Of a stretch of 64,000 nucleotides of DNA, positions 41,060 to 50,779 are shown piece after piece. This DNA comes from Bacillota bacterium. Its GTDB lineage: Bacteria > Bacillota > Dethiobacteria > DTU022. The notes beneath the pieces are model-generated. The model ran no database searches. It was given only the letters and a program-made list of their open reading frames with translations, and was not told the origin of the DNA. The stretch is taken from contig JBFMGD010000003.1 in NCBI GenBank assembly GCA_040751775.1, positions 19,201 through 83,200 of the forward strand, written 5' to 3'. Each line of letters starts with the position of its first letter. Positions within the stretch are counted from its first letter, which is position 1. Position numbers and translations under genes: made by a program.

Positions 41060-41614
41060 GTGGAACTGAAACGACTGCGCGCTCCCTTAAGCGATGCTGA
41101 TGTTCTCCAGTTAAAGGCGGGCGATAACGTTTTAATCAACGGCGTCATCTATACGGCCCGGGACGCTGCGCATAAGAAACTGGTCGAGTTGATGGAGAAG
41201 GGTGAAGCGCTGCCGATCGATTTAACCGGCCAGTTTATCTATTACGTGGGTCCCACTCCGGCCCGGCCGGGTCAGGCTATCGGCTCCGCCGGTCCGACAA
41301 CCAGCGGCCGCATGGATGCCTATACCCCGCAAATGCTGGCGCACGGGATGAAAGGCTGTATCGGCAAGGGGTTTCGCAGCACCGCGGTTAAGGATGCCCT
41401 GCAGCAATACAAGGGAGTCTACCTTGCCGCCGTGGGAGGAGCAGGGGCGTTGCTTTCCAAGTGTGTGCACAAATGTGAAGTAGTGGCTTACCCCGAACTG
41501 GGCGCCGAAGCGATTCACCGGCTGGAGGTCGCAGATTTCCCCGCGACCATTATTAACGACGCGTACGGCAACGACCTCTACCTGGAAGGGGCGAAACAGT
41601 ACCGCATCGAGTGA
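41060..41614 (+). CDS. Class I fumarate hydratase, beta subunit
   Basis: YTARDAAHKK, YYVGP, GPTTSGRMD, IGKG, GGAGAL. Confidence 0.92.
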   Translation: MELKRLRAPLSDADVLQLKAGDNVLINGVIYTARDAAHKKLVELMEKGEALPIDLTGQFIYYVGPTPARPGQAIGSAGPTTSGRMDAYTPQMLAHGMKGCIGKGFRSTAVKDALQQYKGVYLAAVGGAGALLSKCVHKCEVVAYPELGAEAIHRLEVADFPATIINDAYGNDLYLEGAKQYRIE

Positions 41615-41674
41615 GGAAAGGTGAGCCCGGTTACAGCACCGGGCATAGAAAGCATAAGAAAGGTGGTTTTTTAA

Positions 41675-43012
41675 GTGCCGATGAATAAAGATGAACTGCT
41701 GGCCAAGGCGAAGAAACCGGCTGAGGATGCCATGAAGCTGCACCCTTTTTACAAGGGTAAAATTGAGGTAAACTTAAAAAGCTGCGTGCGCGGTATCGGC
41801 GATTTCGCGATCTGGTATACGCCCGGCGTGGCTGAACCGTGCAAAGCGATCGCCCGGAATAAGGAAGATGTCTACAAGTATACGAATAAGGGTAACTTTC
41901 TGGCGGTAATCTCCGACGGCACCCGGGTGCTGGGCTTGGGCGATATCGGCCCCGAGGCCGGCATGCCCGTGATGGAAGGAAAAGCGCTGCTTTTTAAATA
42001 CTTAGGCGGCGTGGACGCATTTCCGGTCTGCGTGGATACCAAGGACGCCGATGAATTGATCAAGTTTGTCAAATTGATCCAGCCCTGCTTCGGCGGCGTG
42101 AACCTGGAAGATATCGAGAGCCCCAAGTGCTTCTACATCCTTGACAGATTGAAGGAAGAGTGCCACATTCCGGTCTGGCATGACGATCAGCAGGGCACGG
42201 CCATGGTCAACCTGGCCGGTCTCTACAATGCGCTCAAAATCGTCGGCAAGAAAATCGGCCAGGTCAAGATAGTGATGCTCGGCTCGGGCGCAGCCAATAT
42301 CTGTACCGCCCGGCTGCTGATCGCCGCCGGCGTGGACCCCGGCAAGATCGTGATGTGCGACAGCAAGGGTACCCTGCACAAGGGGCGCACCGAACTGAAA
42401 GAAAAACACCCGGTGAAGTGGGAACTGTGCCAGACGACCAACGCCGGCGGCCTGGTTGGCGACGCAGCCGCTGCTTTCCAGGGGGCGGATGTGGCCATTT
42501 GCCTCTCCACACCCGGGCCCGACACGGTGAAAAAGGAATGGGTTACCAGCATGGCCAAAGACGCGATCGTCTTCGCCTGCGCCAACCCTATCCCCGAGAT
42601 CTGGCCGTGGGAAGCGATCGAAGCCGGCGCCAAAATCGTCTCGACAGGCCGCTCCGATTTCCCCAACCAGGTTAACAATTCCCTCGGCTTTCCGGCCATC
42701 TTCCGCGGTGTTTTGGATGTTCAGGCGACCACCATTACCGACAGCATGTGTATCGCCGCCGCGCAAGAGCTGGCTGCCTGCGCGCCGGACGGCGGGCTGA
42801 ATCCTGAAAAAATCTTGCCGACCATGGACATGTGGGAAGTATTCCCCCGTGTCGCCACCGCCACGGCGCTCAAAGCGATCGAAGAGGGGGTGGCGAGGAT
42901 CAAGCTCAGCCGCGAGGAAATTTATAATAAAGCAGAGCAAACAATTCGCCGGGCCCAGGAGCAGACCAAAAGCGCAATGGAGCAAGGATTTATTCCGGCA
43001 CCGCCTGCTTAA
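41675..43012 (+). CDS. NAD(P)-dependent malic enzyme
   Basis: WYTPGVAEPC, SDGTRVLGLG, MPVMEGKA, NLEDI, HDDQQGT, GAANI, ACANPIPEI, SDFPNQVNN. Confidence 0.95.
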   Translation: MPMNKDELLAKAKKPAEDAMKLHPFYKGKIEVNLKSCVRGIGDFAIWYTPGVAEPCKAIARNKEDVYKYTNKGNFLAVISDGTRVLGLGDIGPEAGMPVMEGKALLFKYLGGVDAFPVCVDTKDADELIKFVKLIQPCFGGVNLEDIESPKCFYILDRLKEECHIPVWHDDQQGTAMVNLAGLYNALKIVGKKIGQVKIVMLGSGAANICTARLLIAAGVDPGKIVMCDSKGTLHKGRTELKEKHPVKWELCQTTNAGGLVGDAAAAFQGADVAICLSTPGPDTVKKEWVTSMAKDAIVFACANPIPEIWPWEAIEAGAKIVSTGRSDFPNQVNNSLGFPAIFRGVLDVQATTITDSMCIAAAQELAACAPDGGLNPEKILPTMDMWEVFPRVATATALKAIEEGVARIKLSREEIYNKAEQTIRRAQEQTKSAMEQGFIPAPPA

Positions 43013-43032
43013 ATAGAGAAGGAGGAGCATCC

Positions 43033-43716
43033 GTGACCGACACAATCCCGCTGGTCGACATCTACGTCATGGGCAAACAGTACCGTGTTCCCGAGTCGCT
43101 AACGATCATGGAAGCGATGGAATACGCCGGTTACCAGTTGAAACGGGGCTGCGGCTGCCGGGCCGGTTTCTGCGGCGCCTGCGCCACCGTCTACCGTATC
43201 GCCGGGGATTTTGAGCTGAAAGTGGGCCTGGCCTGCCAGACCAAAGTGGAGGCGGGCATGTACCTGGCCCAGATTCCCTTCTTCCCGGGCCGCAAAGCGA
43301 CATTCGACCTGGAGGAAATAAAACCTTCAATCGCGTACTTCGCCCAACTCTACCCGGAAGTATTCCGCTGCCTCGGATGCAGTTCCTGCACCAAGGTATG
43401 CCCGCAGGATATCGACGTGATGCAGTATATCGCCTATATCCAGCGCGGCGACTTTGCCAGGGCGGCTGATCTTTCATTTGACTGCCTGATGTGCGGCCTC
43501 TGCGTTTCCCGCTGCCCGGCGCACATCGTCCACTACAATGCCGGCCTGACCGCCCGCCGCCTTTACAGCCGCTATATCGCCAAGCCGGACGCCTTCCTGG
43601 CACAACGGGCCAGGGCGATTGAAGAAGGCGCCTTTGACGCTGAACTGCAAGACTTGACGGCATCGGATCGGGAACGGCTGCAGGAGCTTTACAACAGCCG
43701 TGAAATCGAAAAATAG
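43033..43716 (+). CDS. Fumarate reductase/succinate dehydrogenase Fe-S subunit-like
   Basis: 2Fe-2S motif GCRAGFCGAC...LAC; CLGCSSCTKVCP and CLMCGLCVSRCP. Confidence 0.8.
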   Translation: MTDTIPLVDIYVMGKQYRVPESLTIMEAMEYAGYQLKRGCGCRAGFCGACATVYRIAGDFELKVGLACQTKVEAGMYLAQIPFFPGRKATFDLEEIKPSIAYFAQLYPEVFRCLGCSSCTKVCPQDIDVMQYIAYIQRGDFARAADLSFDCLMCGLCVSRCPAHIVHYNAGLTARRLYSRYIAKPDAFLAQRARAIEEGAFDAELQDLTASDRERLQELYNSREIEK

Positions 43717-43743
43717 GATCGCTCAAGGAGGGAAAGAGCAAAA

Positions 43744-45348
43744 GTGCCCTATACGCCCCAGTTAAGAGAGTTGATCAAAAAAGTTGAAGAAACAAGGCCC
43801 TCCCGTGTCGGGGTTCAATACCCCCGCATGACCCCTGAAGAGCGCGTGGCGGTCTTGAAACGGTTTCACCCCGACTATATTGAAGATGGGTTCCGTGAAA
43901 TCAAGATAGGCGTGGACAGGGGGGTGCGCATGCCCCTGGAAATGGCTGATGTGATCGAAGCCTGGAGCCGCCTGCGCGGTGTCGATCTCGATTTAAACCG
44001 TGCGCCGGACTTTGATGTCGATGTCCTGATCATCGGCGGCGGGGGAGCGGGCGCTTCGGCGGCGCTGGAAGCGCAGGCGCAAGGCGCGACTGTGCTGATG
44101 GTGACCAAACTGCGCTTTGGCGACGCCAACACGATGATGGCCCAGGGAGGCATCCAGGCTGCCGACAAAGAGAACGATACCCCGGGCGCTCATTACCTGG
44201 ATGTGGTCGGCGGCGGTCGTTTTGAGAACGTCCCCGCGCTGGCCCGGGCGCTGGTCATGGACGCGCCCCTGGTGATCAAGTGGCTCGAAGATTTGGGCAC
44301 GATGTTTGACAAGAAAGAAGACGGCACCATGGTGACAATCCACGGCGGCGGCACCTCCCGCAAGCGGATGCACGCAGCGCGCGACTATACCGGCGCCGAG
44401 ATCATGCGCACCCTGCGCGATGAAACTTATAACCGCGGCGTCAAGATCATCGAGTTCTGCCCGGCGGTGGAGCTGCTCTTGGACGATCAGGGCCGGGCGG
44501 CCGGAGCGGTGCTTTATAACCTGGAAACAGAGGCTTACCTGCTGGCCCGGGCCAAGACCGTGATTATCGCCACGGGCGGTTCGGGCAGGCTGCATTACCG
44601 CGGTTTCCCCACCAGCAACCATTACGGGGCCACCGCCGACGGCCTGGTTATCGGTTACCGCGCCGGGGCGAAGACCATCTTCGCCGATTCGATCCAGTAC
44701 CATCCCACCGGCGGCGCCTTCCCGCCCCAGCTTTTAGGCCTGCTGGTCACGGAGAAAACGCGGGGCCTGGGGGCGACACCGTTGAACATCAAGGGTGAGC
44801 AGTTCGTCTATCATCTCGAGACCAGGGATGTGGAGTCTTCGGCGATTATCCGCGAGTGCCAGGAGCGCAAGCTGGGCATTCCGCTGCCGACGGGGATTGA
44901 GGCTGTCTGGCTGGATTCGCCCCTGATCGAACTGACCCTCGGCGAAGGGACGATTGAACGGCAGCTGCCGGCGATGCTGCGCCAGTTCGCCCGCTTCGGG
45001 GTCGATATCCGCAAAGAACCGATGCTGATCTACCCCACTTTGCATTACCAAAACGGAGGGCTGCTGATCGATGAAAACGGCCGCAGCACCGTGGAGAATC
45101 TTTACGTGGCTGGAGAAACCGCCGGCGGCATTCACGGCAGCAACCGCCTCATGGGCAACTCCTTGTTGGATATTGTAGTCTTCGGCCGCCGGGCCGGGCG
45201 GCACGCGGCGATGATCAGTAAAGATGCTCCAGTGCCGGGCGCGCTGACCCTCGACCATGTGCACGGCTATCATAAACAGCTGGAGGAAACGGGAGCCGCC
45301 GGCGGACGCGTCTCACCGATGCTCTTACCCCGTTATACCTATCGATGA
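43744..45348 (+). CDS. Fumarate reductase/succinate dehydrogenase flavoprotein-like (probably non-covalent FAD)
   Basis: IIGGGGAG, AQGGI, QYHPT, ETRD, HYQNGG, HGSNRLMGNSL; NTMMAQGG lacks the FAD-attachment His. Confidence 0.85.
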   Translation: MPYTPQLRELIKKVEETRPSRVGVQYPRMTPEERVAVLKRFHPDYIEDGFREIKIGVDRGVRMPLEMADVIEAWSRLRGVDLDLNRAPDFDVDVLIIGGGGAGASAALEAQAQGATVLMVTKLRFGDANTMMAQGGIQAADKENDTPGAHYLDVVGGGRFENVPALARALVMDAPLVIKWLEDLGTMFDKKEDGTMVTIHGGGTSRKRMHAARDYTGAEIMRTLRDETYNRGVKIIEFCPAVELLLDDQGRAAGAVLYNLETEAYLLARAKTVIIATGGSGRLHYRGFPTSNHYGATADGLVIGYRAGAKTIFADSIQYHPTGGAFPPQLLGLLVTEKTRGLGATPLNIKGEQFVYHLETRDVESSAIIRECQERKLGIPLPTGIEAVWLDSPLIELTLGEGTIERQLPAMLRQFARFGVDIRKEPMLIYPTLHYQNGGLLIDENGRSTVENLYVAGETAGGIHGSNRLMGNSLLDIVVFGRRAGRHAAMISKDAPVPGALTLDHVHGYHKQLEETGAAGGRVSPMLLPRYTYR

Positions 45349-46547
45349 GAGAACATCCCGGGCCGGTTCCGAATTTGGTCTTAGACGGACTGCGCATCCT
45401 GGACCTGACTAGGCTCCTGCCCGGGCCTCTGTGTACCATGCTCCTGGGTGATTACGGCGCCGAGGTTATAAAAATCGAAGATCCAACCGCCGGTGACCCG
45501 ACCCGGGCTGTGGGCCGTGATCTGGAAGGCAGCGGCGCGTTTTTTTGGCAGCTGAACCGGAACAAAAAGAGTGTGGCCCTGAACTTGAAAACACCGGCCG
45601 GGATAGAGATATTTAAAAAATTGGCGGCGCGCAGCGATGTGCTGGTGGAAGGTTTCCGACCCGGGGTAATGGAGCGCCTCGGGCTGGGCTACGAAGCACT
45701 GAGCGCTTTGCACCCGGCTCTGGTCTATGCTTCAATTTCGGGTTATGGCCAGAAGGGGCCGTACCGGCTGCGGGCCGGGCATGATTTGAATTACTGTGCC
45801 GTCGCCGGCCTGCTGGAATTAAGCGCCGCGCCCGGTGAGGGGCCCGTGATGCCGGCGGTGCAGATCGCCGATATCGCCGGCGGTTCGCTGACCGCCCTCT
45901 CCGGGATCATGATGGCCCTATACGCGCGCGAAAGACGCGGGCACGGTTCATACGTGGACGTGTCGATGACCCGGGGCTTGTTGCCCTGGCTGACCTATGC
46001 CGCCTCTTACCTAGATGGAGCAGAAGTGCTGCCCAGGCGCGGGTGCGGTCATATTACCGGGGCGTATGCCTGCTACAACCTTTATCAAACCGCCGACGGC
46101 AAGTACATGAGCCTGGGCGCCCTGGAGCCGGTTTTTTGGCAGAACTTCTGCCTGGCGGTAGACCGTCCCGGGTGGATTGCACTGCAGTTCGACGCGTCGG
46201 AACGGGAGCAACTGATTGCTGCGGTAGGCCAGCTTTTCAAAGAAAAGACCCGCGATCAGTGGACGGAGCATTTTGCCGTTCATGACGCTTGCTGCGAACC
46301 GGTTCTGGATCTGGGCGAGGCCGCCGGCCATCCGGTCAGCCGCGCTCTCGACTACTGGATTGAAGTCCCCCGGGAAGGCGCCCCGGCGGTGCGGCAACCC
46401 GGATTCCCGCTGCTTTTTTCCGGCGCACCAGGCGCAGTGCGCCGCCGGCCGCCGAACCCGGGCGAGCATACCGCCGCCGTCCTGGCGGAACTAGGCTACT
46501 CTCGCTCTGAAATCAGCGCCTTTAAAAACTCCGGTATCATCACCTAG
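45345..46547 (+). CDS. Family III (CaiB/BaiF) CoA-transferase / alpha-methylacyl-CoA racemase-like
   Basis: LDLTRLLPGP, NRNKKS, EGFRPGVMERLG, SISGYGQ, AGHDLNY, ADIAGG. Confidence 0.9.
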   Translation: MREHPGPVPNLVLDGLRILDLTRLLPGPLCTMLLGDYGAEVIKIEDPTAGDPTRAVGRDLEGSGAFFWQLNRNKKSVALNLKTPAGIEIFKKLAARSDVLVEGFRPGVMERLGLGYEALSALHPALVYASISGYGQKGPYRLRAGHDLNYCAVAGLLELSAAPGEGPVMPAVQIADIAGGSLTALSGIMMALYARERRGHGSYVDVSMTRGLLPWLTYAASYLDGAEVLPRRGCGHITGAYACYNLYQTADGKYMSLGALEPVFWQNFCLAVDRPGWIALQFDASEREQLIAAVGQLFKEKTRDQWTEHFAVHDACCEPVLDLGEAAGHPVSRALDYWIEVPREGAPAVRQPGFPLLFSGAPGAVRRRPPNPGEHTAAVLAELGYSRSEISAFKNSGIIT

Positions 46548-46572
46548 CCGGCGGTAGAGCCATCAGTCTCGG

Positions 46573-46610
46573 CGGCCTGCATCCATGCAGGCCGGCCCGC
46601 TTCGGGCTTT
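46573..46610 (+). terminator. Double hairpin after the family III CoA-transferase gene
   Basis: CGGCCTGCAT-CC-ATGCAGGCCG (10-bp stem), then GCCCG-CTT-CGGGC-TTT. Confidence 0.5.
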
Positions 46611-46720
46611 GCTTCGCCTGCGTCACGGTTCTATTATTCTGGCTCGTAAATCATGAGAAATTTCAGTGATAACATTTAGCCAGACTTTACCGGCACGTAT
46701 CGATCGATCTATAATAGGAT

Positions 46721-47086
46721 ATGTTTACAGACAAAGCCGGTTACGCTGAAACAAAGCGCATCGAAGAGATCATGCGGCTTCTCCGGGCGCATTATCCGGA
46801 AACCCGGACCGCGCTGCGGTATGAAAACCCATTCCAGCTGTTTGCCGCTGCCGTTCTCTCCGCTCAAACCACCGATGAACAAGTTAACCGGATCACCTCC
46901 GCGCTCTTTACGCGAGCATCGACAGCGCAGCAGATGGCCAAGATGGAACCGGCGGAGTTGGCGACGCTGATTAAAGGATGCGGCCTCTACCGCAACAAGA
47001 GCAGGTTTCTGGTGGAGGCGTGCCGGCGGATCGTGCGTGATTTCGGCGGCACGCTGCCGGATCGCTTTGAAGCCTGTCGAAAATAG
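46721..47086 (+). pseudogene. nth: 3'-truncated endonuclease III
   Basis: ALRYENPFQL..AVLSAQTTDEQVN, GLYRNKS; stops just before the LPGVGRKTA HhH motif, and no Fe-S cluster region follows in any frame. Confidence 0.85.
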
Positions 47087-47113
47087 ATTTAAACAAATTT
47101 GAGGAGGGGTCTA

Positions 47114-49564
47114 GTGGCCTGGGTAGAGCTAAAAGCTGAAGATCTAAAATATAAGTGTGACCCATACCTGTTGCCGTACGAGACAACGGAAGCGGTGCCG
47201 CCGCTGGAAGAGATGATCGGGCAGGCCCGGGCGGTCCGGGCTATGGAATTCGGGCTGCGGGTTAAGCGGCCGGGTTACAACATCTTTATGACCGGTTCGA
47301 CCGGTACCGGCAAATCGAGTTATGCCCGTTCCATTGTCAAAAAAATATCCGCCTCCGAACCGGTCCCGGATGACTGGTGCTATGTCTACAGCTTTCAGAA
47401 TCCCGGGGAGCCGATCGCACTGAACCTGCCGGCCGGGATGGGCGCGGCTTTCTGCCATCATGTCGAGGAGCTGTTGGAGGATCTAAAGCAGACCATACCG
47501 AAGGCCTTTGACGGAGAAGATTATGAGCGGCAGAAAGCCGCTTACATGAAAGAGTACCAGGAGGCCCGGTCTGTACACCTGGAAGAGCTGAACAAAACAG
47601 CCCTGGAGCAGGGTTTTGCTTTAAAACGAACCAGTTCCGGTTTTGTCACCGTGCCGGTAATCGATGGAGAACAGGTTAACGAAGATGACTACGCCAATTT
47701 GGATCAGGCGGTCAAGGATGAACTGGAAAAGAAATCGACCGAAATCCAGTTGAAAGCGATGGAGATCATGCGCCGGGTCCAGGGCGCTGAAAGAGAGCTG
47801 AAAGAAAAACTGAAACAGCTGGATCAGCGCATTGCGCTTATGGCTACCGGCCACCTCTTCAACGAGCTCATGGAACAGTACAGCCTCTTTCCGGCGGTGC
47901 AGAAGTATTTGCAGGAGTTTCAGGAAGACGTGCTTTCCAACCTGCAGGAGTTTAAAGGAGAAGAAGAGGAGCAGCAGTTCCCCTTGATCTGGCTGCGTCG
48001 CCAGAGCCAGGATCAGGCCGAGATCCGCTATAAAGTCAATTTGCTGGTCGATAACCGGGAAACGGAAGGCGCGCCTGCGATTTATGAGACCAACCCGACT
48101 TACTATAACCTGCTGGGCAGGACGGAATATGAAAACCGCTTCGGGACGGTTTTTACCGACTTTACCATGGTCAAGGCCGGCGCCTTTCACCGGGCCAACG
48201 GCGGTTACCTGATTTTGCAAGCCCGTGACATCCTCTCCGGGATGCAGTCCTGGGAGGTCCTGAAGCGGGTGCTGAAAACCAGGGAAATCCGGATTGAAAA
48301 TATGGGTGAACAGTTTGGCCTGGTGACCATGTCCAACTTGCGGCCGCAGCCGATTCCCCTAGAGGTAAAAGTGGTGATGATCGGCAGCCCTTACCTATAC
48401 CAGCTGCTCTACCACTATGACGAAGACTTCCGCAAGTTGTTTAAAATTAAGGCCGATTTTGATGTGGAGATGGAGCGGCACGAAGATAACTGCGAGAAGA
48501 TGGCCGGATTTATCTCTTATCATTGCAACCAGGAAGGGCTGCGTCATTTTGACCGTTTTGCCGTAGCCCGGATTGTCGAATTCAGCGCCCGGCAGGCCGA
48601 GCACCAGGAAAAGCTGAGCACCCGCTTCAACGATATTGTGGAGCTGCTCTACGAAGCGGATACCTGGGCTGAGTTGGAAGGAGTTGCTTTCGTCGGAGCG
48701 GCGCAGGTGGAAAAGGCGCTGGAGGAAAAAACGTTCCGGTCGAACCGCTACGAGCAAAAAGTTGCCGAAGCGGTGGCAAAAGGGCAGATCCTGGTGGACC
48801 TGCAGGGGGAAAAAGTAGGCCAGGTCAACGCTCTGTCGGTAATCGATCTGGGAGATCACCAGTTTGGACGCCCCTCCCGCCTGACCGCGGCGGTCTACCT
48901 GGGGCGGCGGGGTATAGTCAATATCGAGCGTGAAAGCCGCCTCAGCGGCAGCATTCACGATAAAGGGGTTCTTATCTTAAACGGCTGGCTCGGTTTGCGT
49001 TACGGGCGCGCAGTGCCGCTGAATCTTTCCGCCAGCATCTGCTTTGAGCAATCTTACAGCGGCGTGGAAGGGGACAGCGCTTCGGCGGCTGAGCTGTTCT
49101 GCCTGCTATCCGCCCTGGGCGATGTGCCGGTGAAGCAGGGGCTGGCCGTAACCGGCTCTGTTAACCAAAAAGGGGAGATCCAGCCGGTGGGCGGGATTAA
49201 CTTCAAAATAGAAGGTTTCTTTGACGCTTGCAAGGCGAAGGGGTTGACGGGAGAACAGGGTGTGATCATCCCCGTGCAAAACCAAAAACACCTCATGCTG
49301 AAAAACGAGATTGTTGAAGCGGTGCGGCAGGGAAACTTTCACATCTATTGCATCTCCTCCGTAGATGAAGGGCTGGAGCTCTTAAGCGGGTTAAAAGCAG
49401 GTGAGCTGCAGCCGGACGACAGCTTCACGGCGGGCAGCTTTCACGATCAGGTGTTACAGCAGTTGAAGCGTTTTAACGAGGTTTTGCGCGGCGAAAACGA
49501 GCATGAAGAAGCCGGCGAGCGGGACCAGGAGAAAAAGCAGGGCTGCTGCGGACGGCATGCGTGA
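47114..49564 (+). CDS. LonC-like ATP-dependent protease (AAA_32 plus S16 domain)
   Basis: IGQARAVRAMEFG, GSTGTGKSS, HRANGGYL, VEGDSAS catalytic Ser, VGGINFKIEGFF Lys. Confidence 0.9.
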   Translation: MAWVELKAEDLKYKCDPYLLPYETTEAVPPLEEMIGQARAVRAMEFGLRVKRPGYNIFMTGSTGTGKSSYARSIVKKISASEPVPDDWCYVYSFQNPGEPIALNLPAGMGAAFCHHVEELLEDLKQTIPKAFDGEDYERQKAAYMKEYQEARSVHLEELNKTALEQGFALKRTSSGFVTVPVIDGEQVNEDDYANLDQAVKDELEKKSTEIQLKAMEIMRRVQGAERELKEKLKQLDQRIALMATGHLFNELMEQYSLFPAVQKYLQEFQEDVLSNLQEFKGEEEEQQFPLIWLRRQSQDQAEIRYKVNLLVDNRETEGAPAIYETNPTYYNLLGRTEYENRFGTVFTDFTMVKAGAFHRANGGYLILQARDILSGMQSWEVLKRVLKTREIRIENMGEQFGLVTMSNLRPQPIPLEVKVVMIGSPYLYQLLYHYDEDFRKLFKIKADFDVEMERHEDNCEKMAGFISYHCNQEGLRHFDRFAVARIVEFSARQAEHQEKLSTRFNDIVELLYEADTWAELEGVAFVGAAQVEKALEEKTFRSNRYEQKVAEAVAKGQILVDLQGEKVGQVNALSVIDLGDHQFGRPSRLTAAVYLGRRGIVNIERESRLSGSIHDKGVLILNGWLGLRYGRAVPLNLSASICFEQSYSGVEGDSASAAELFCLLSALGDVPVKQGLAVTGSVNQKGEIQPVGGINFKIEGFFDACKAKGLTGEQGVIIPVQNQKHLMLKNEIVEAVRQGNFHIYCISSVDEGLELLSGLKAGELQPDDSFTAGSFHDQVLQQLKRFNEVLRGENEHEEAGERDQEKKQGCCGRHA

Positions 49565-49686
49565 CCCCTATACCGGCTTTGCCGGCTTGGCATCGATCCG
49601 GGAAAGCGCTCCCGCAAAGAGCAGGAGGTACGGGCGGAATTTCTTATCGGAAAATCACCTTCGCCGCGGAAAAGTAGGAGGTTTCT

Positions 49687-50145
49687 ATGCATCTAGTGCT
49701 CGTTGAACCGCAAATTCCCCAGAACACGGGCAATATCGCCCGCTCCTGCGTGATGACGCACTCAACGCTGCACCTGGTGGAGCCGCTCGGTTTTTCGATC
49801 TCCCAAAAAGAGATTCGCCGGGCCGGCCTCGATTACTGGGCGCATCTTCAGCTGCAGCTTCACGCCGACTATGGAGCGTTGCGCGAGGCCTACCCGGCCA
49901 AGCGTTTTATCTTTTTCTCCACACGCGGCACGCGTCTTTATACCGACATGGTTTACGATCCGGACGATTTCCTGGTTTTCGGTTGTGAGACCAGGGGCCT
50001 ACCCGTGGAGATGACTGAAAAAGAAAGCCATCTCCTGCGCATCCCCATGGTGGAACAGATTCCCCGCTCCCTGAACCTCTCCAATTCGGTTGCGGTGGTT
50101 TTATACGAAGCGCTCAGGCAGCAGGGTTTTCCCGGGATGCGCTAA
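49687..50145 (+). CDS. trmL: tRNA (cytidine/uridine 34-2'-O)-methyltransferase
   Basis: EPQIPQNTGNIAR, RRAGLDYW, FGCETRGLP, RSLNLSNSVAVVLYEALRQ. Confidence 0.95.
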   Translation: MHLVLVEPQIPQNTGNIARSCVMTHSTLHLVEPLGFSISQKEIRRAGLDYWAHLQLQLHADYGALREAYPAKRFIFFSTRGTRLYTDMVYDPDDFLVFGCETRGLPVEMTEKESHLLRIPMVEQIPRSLNLSNSVAVVLYEALRQQGFPGMR

Positions 50146-50151
50146 GGGCTG

Positions 50152-50367
50152 TCAGCAAAACCTTATAAGGATGAGCCAGGAAGTCGTTGGTATAAAATAA
50201 CCCAGTTCTCTCAGTTCGCCGATTAATCCCGGTATAAGCAGGTAAAAGAAAAGAATCAAGGTGATCAGGATGATCAGCGAAGCGATCACCGCCGCTAAAA
50301 ACGGTTGAATTTTTTTATGAATCAGGAAATAGTTAGTTAAAGCCAAAGTGATGAAGCTGACTGCGCT
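50152..50367 (-). pseudogene. Probable fragment of an AI-2E/YtvI-family membrane protein
   Basis: KKIQPFLAAVIASLIILITLILFFYLLIPGLIGELRELGYFIP resembles an AI-2E N-terminal segment; no good start, ends abruptly at the trmL stop. Confidence 0.4.
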
Positions 50368-50470
50368 GCGTTGATCGGGTACCTTCGTTTGCCGGGTGGT
50401 GCATATTTTTAGGGGCTGCCGGTGATAAAAACAGAGCCTCCTGATTATTAATCTAAATGAGGTGAATAAA

Positions 50471-50779
50471 ATGGAAGGTTTTCGTGCGGTTATCGGGTTG
50501 CTTATTGTTCTGGCTTTACTATCACTCGGTTTAATCTTGCTGCCTGCGCCCGGTTTGAATTCAACGGCGGGCCTGTTTACAGCGCTGTGGCTGCCGGCAG
50601 CGCTGGCGGCGGCCGCGGCGTTTGGCCGGGAGCTATGGCAGCGGGAGCGCCTGCAGCGTGTGCGCAGAAAGCGGAAGGCGGCGGCGAAAAGGGGCGCCAA
50701 GCTCAACATTTCGGGCCGCTACAGGCGGGTGCTGGAAGGCGATGCGCCGATCAACCGGCGGGAGAGGCGGTTAGACTGA
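50471..50779 (+). CDS. Hypothetical membrane protein (two TM segments, basic C-terminal tail)
   Basis: ATG after GAGGTG; two hydrophobic stretches, then an Arg/Lys-rich tail. Confidence 0.65.
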   Translation: MEGFRAVIGLLIVLALLSLGLILLPAPGLNSTAGLFTALWLPAALAAAAAFGRELWQRERLQRVRRKRKAAAKRGAKLNISGRYRRVLEGDAPINRRERRLD

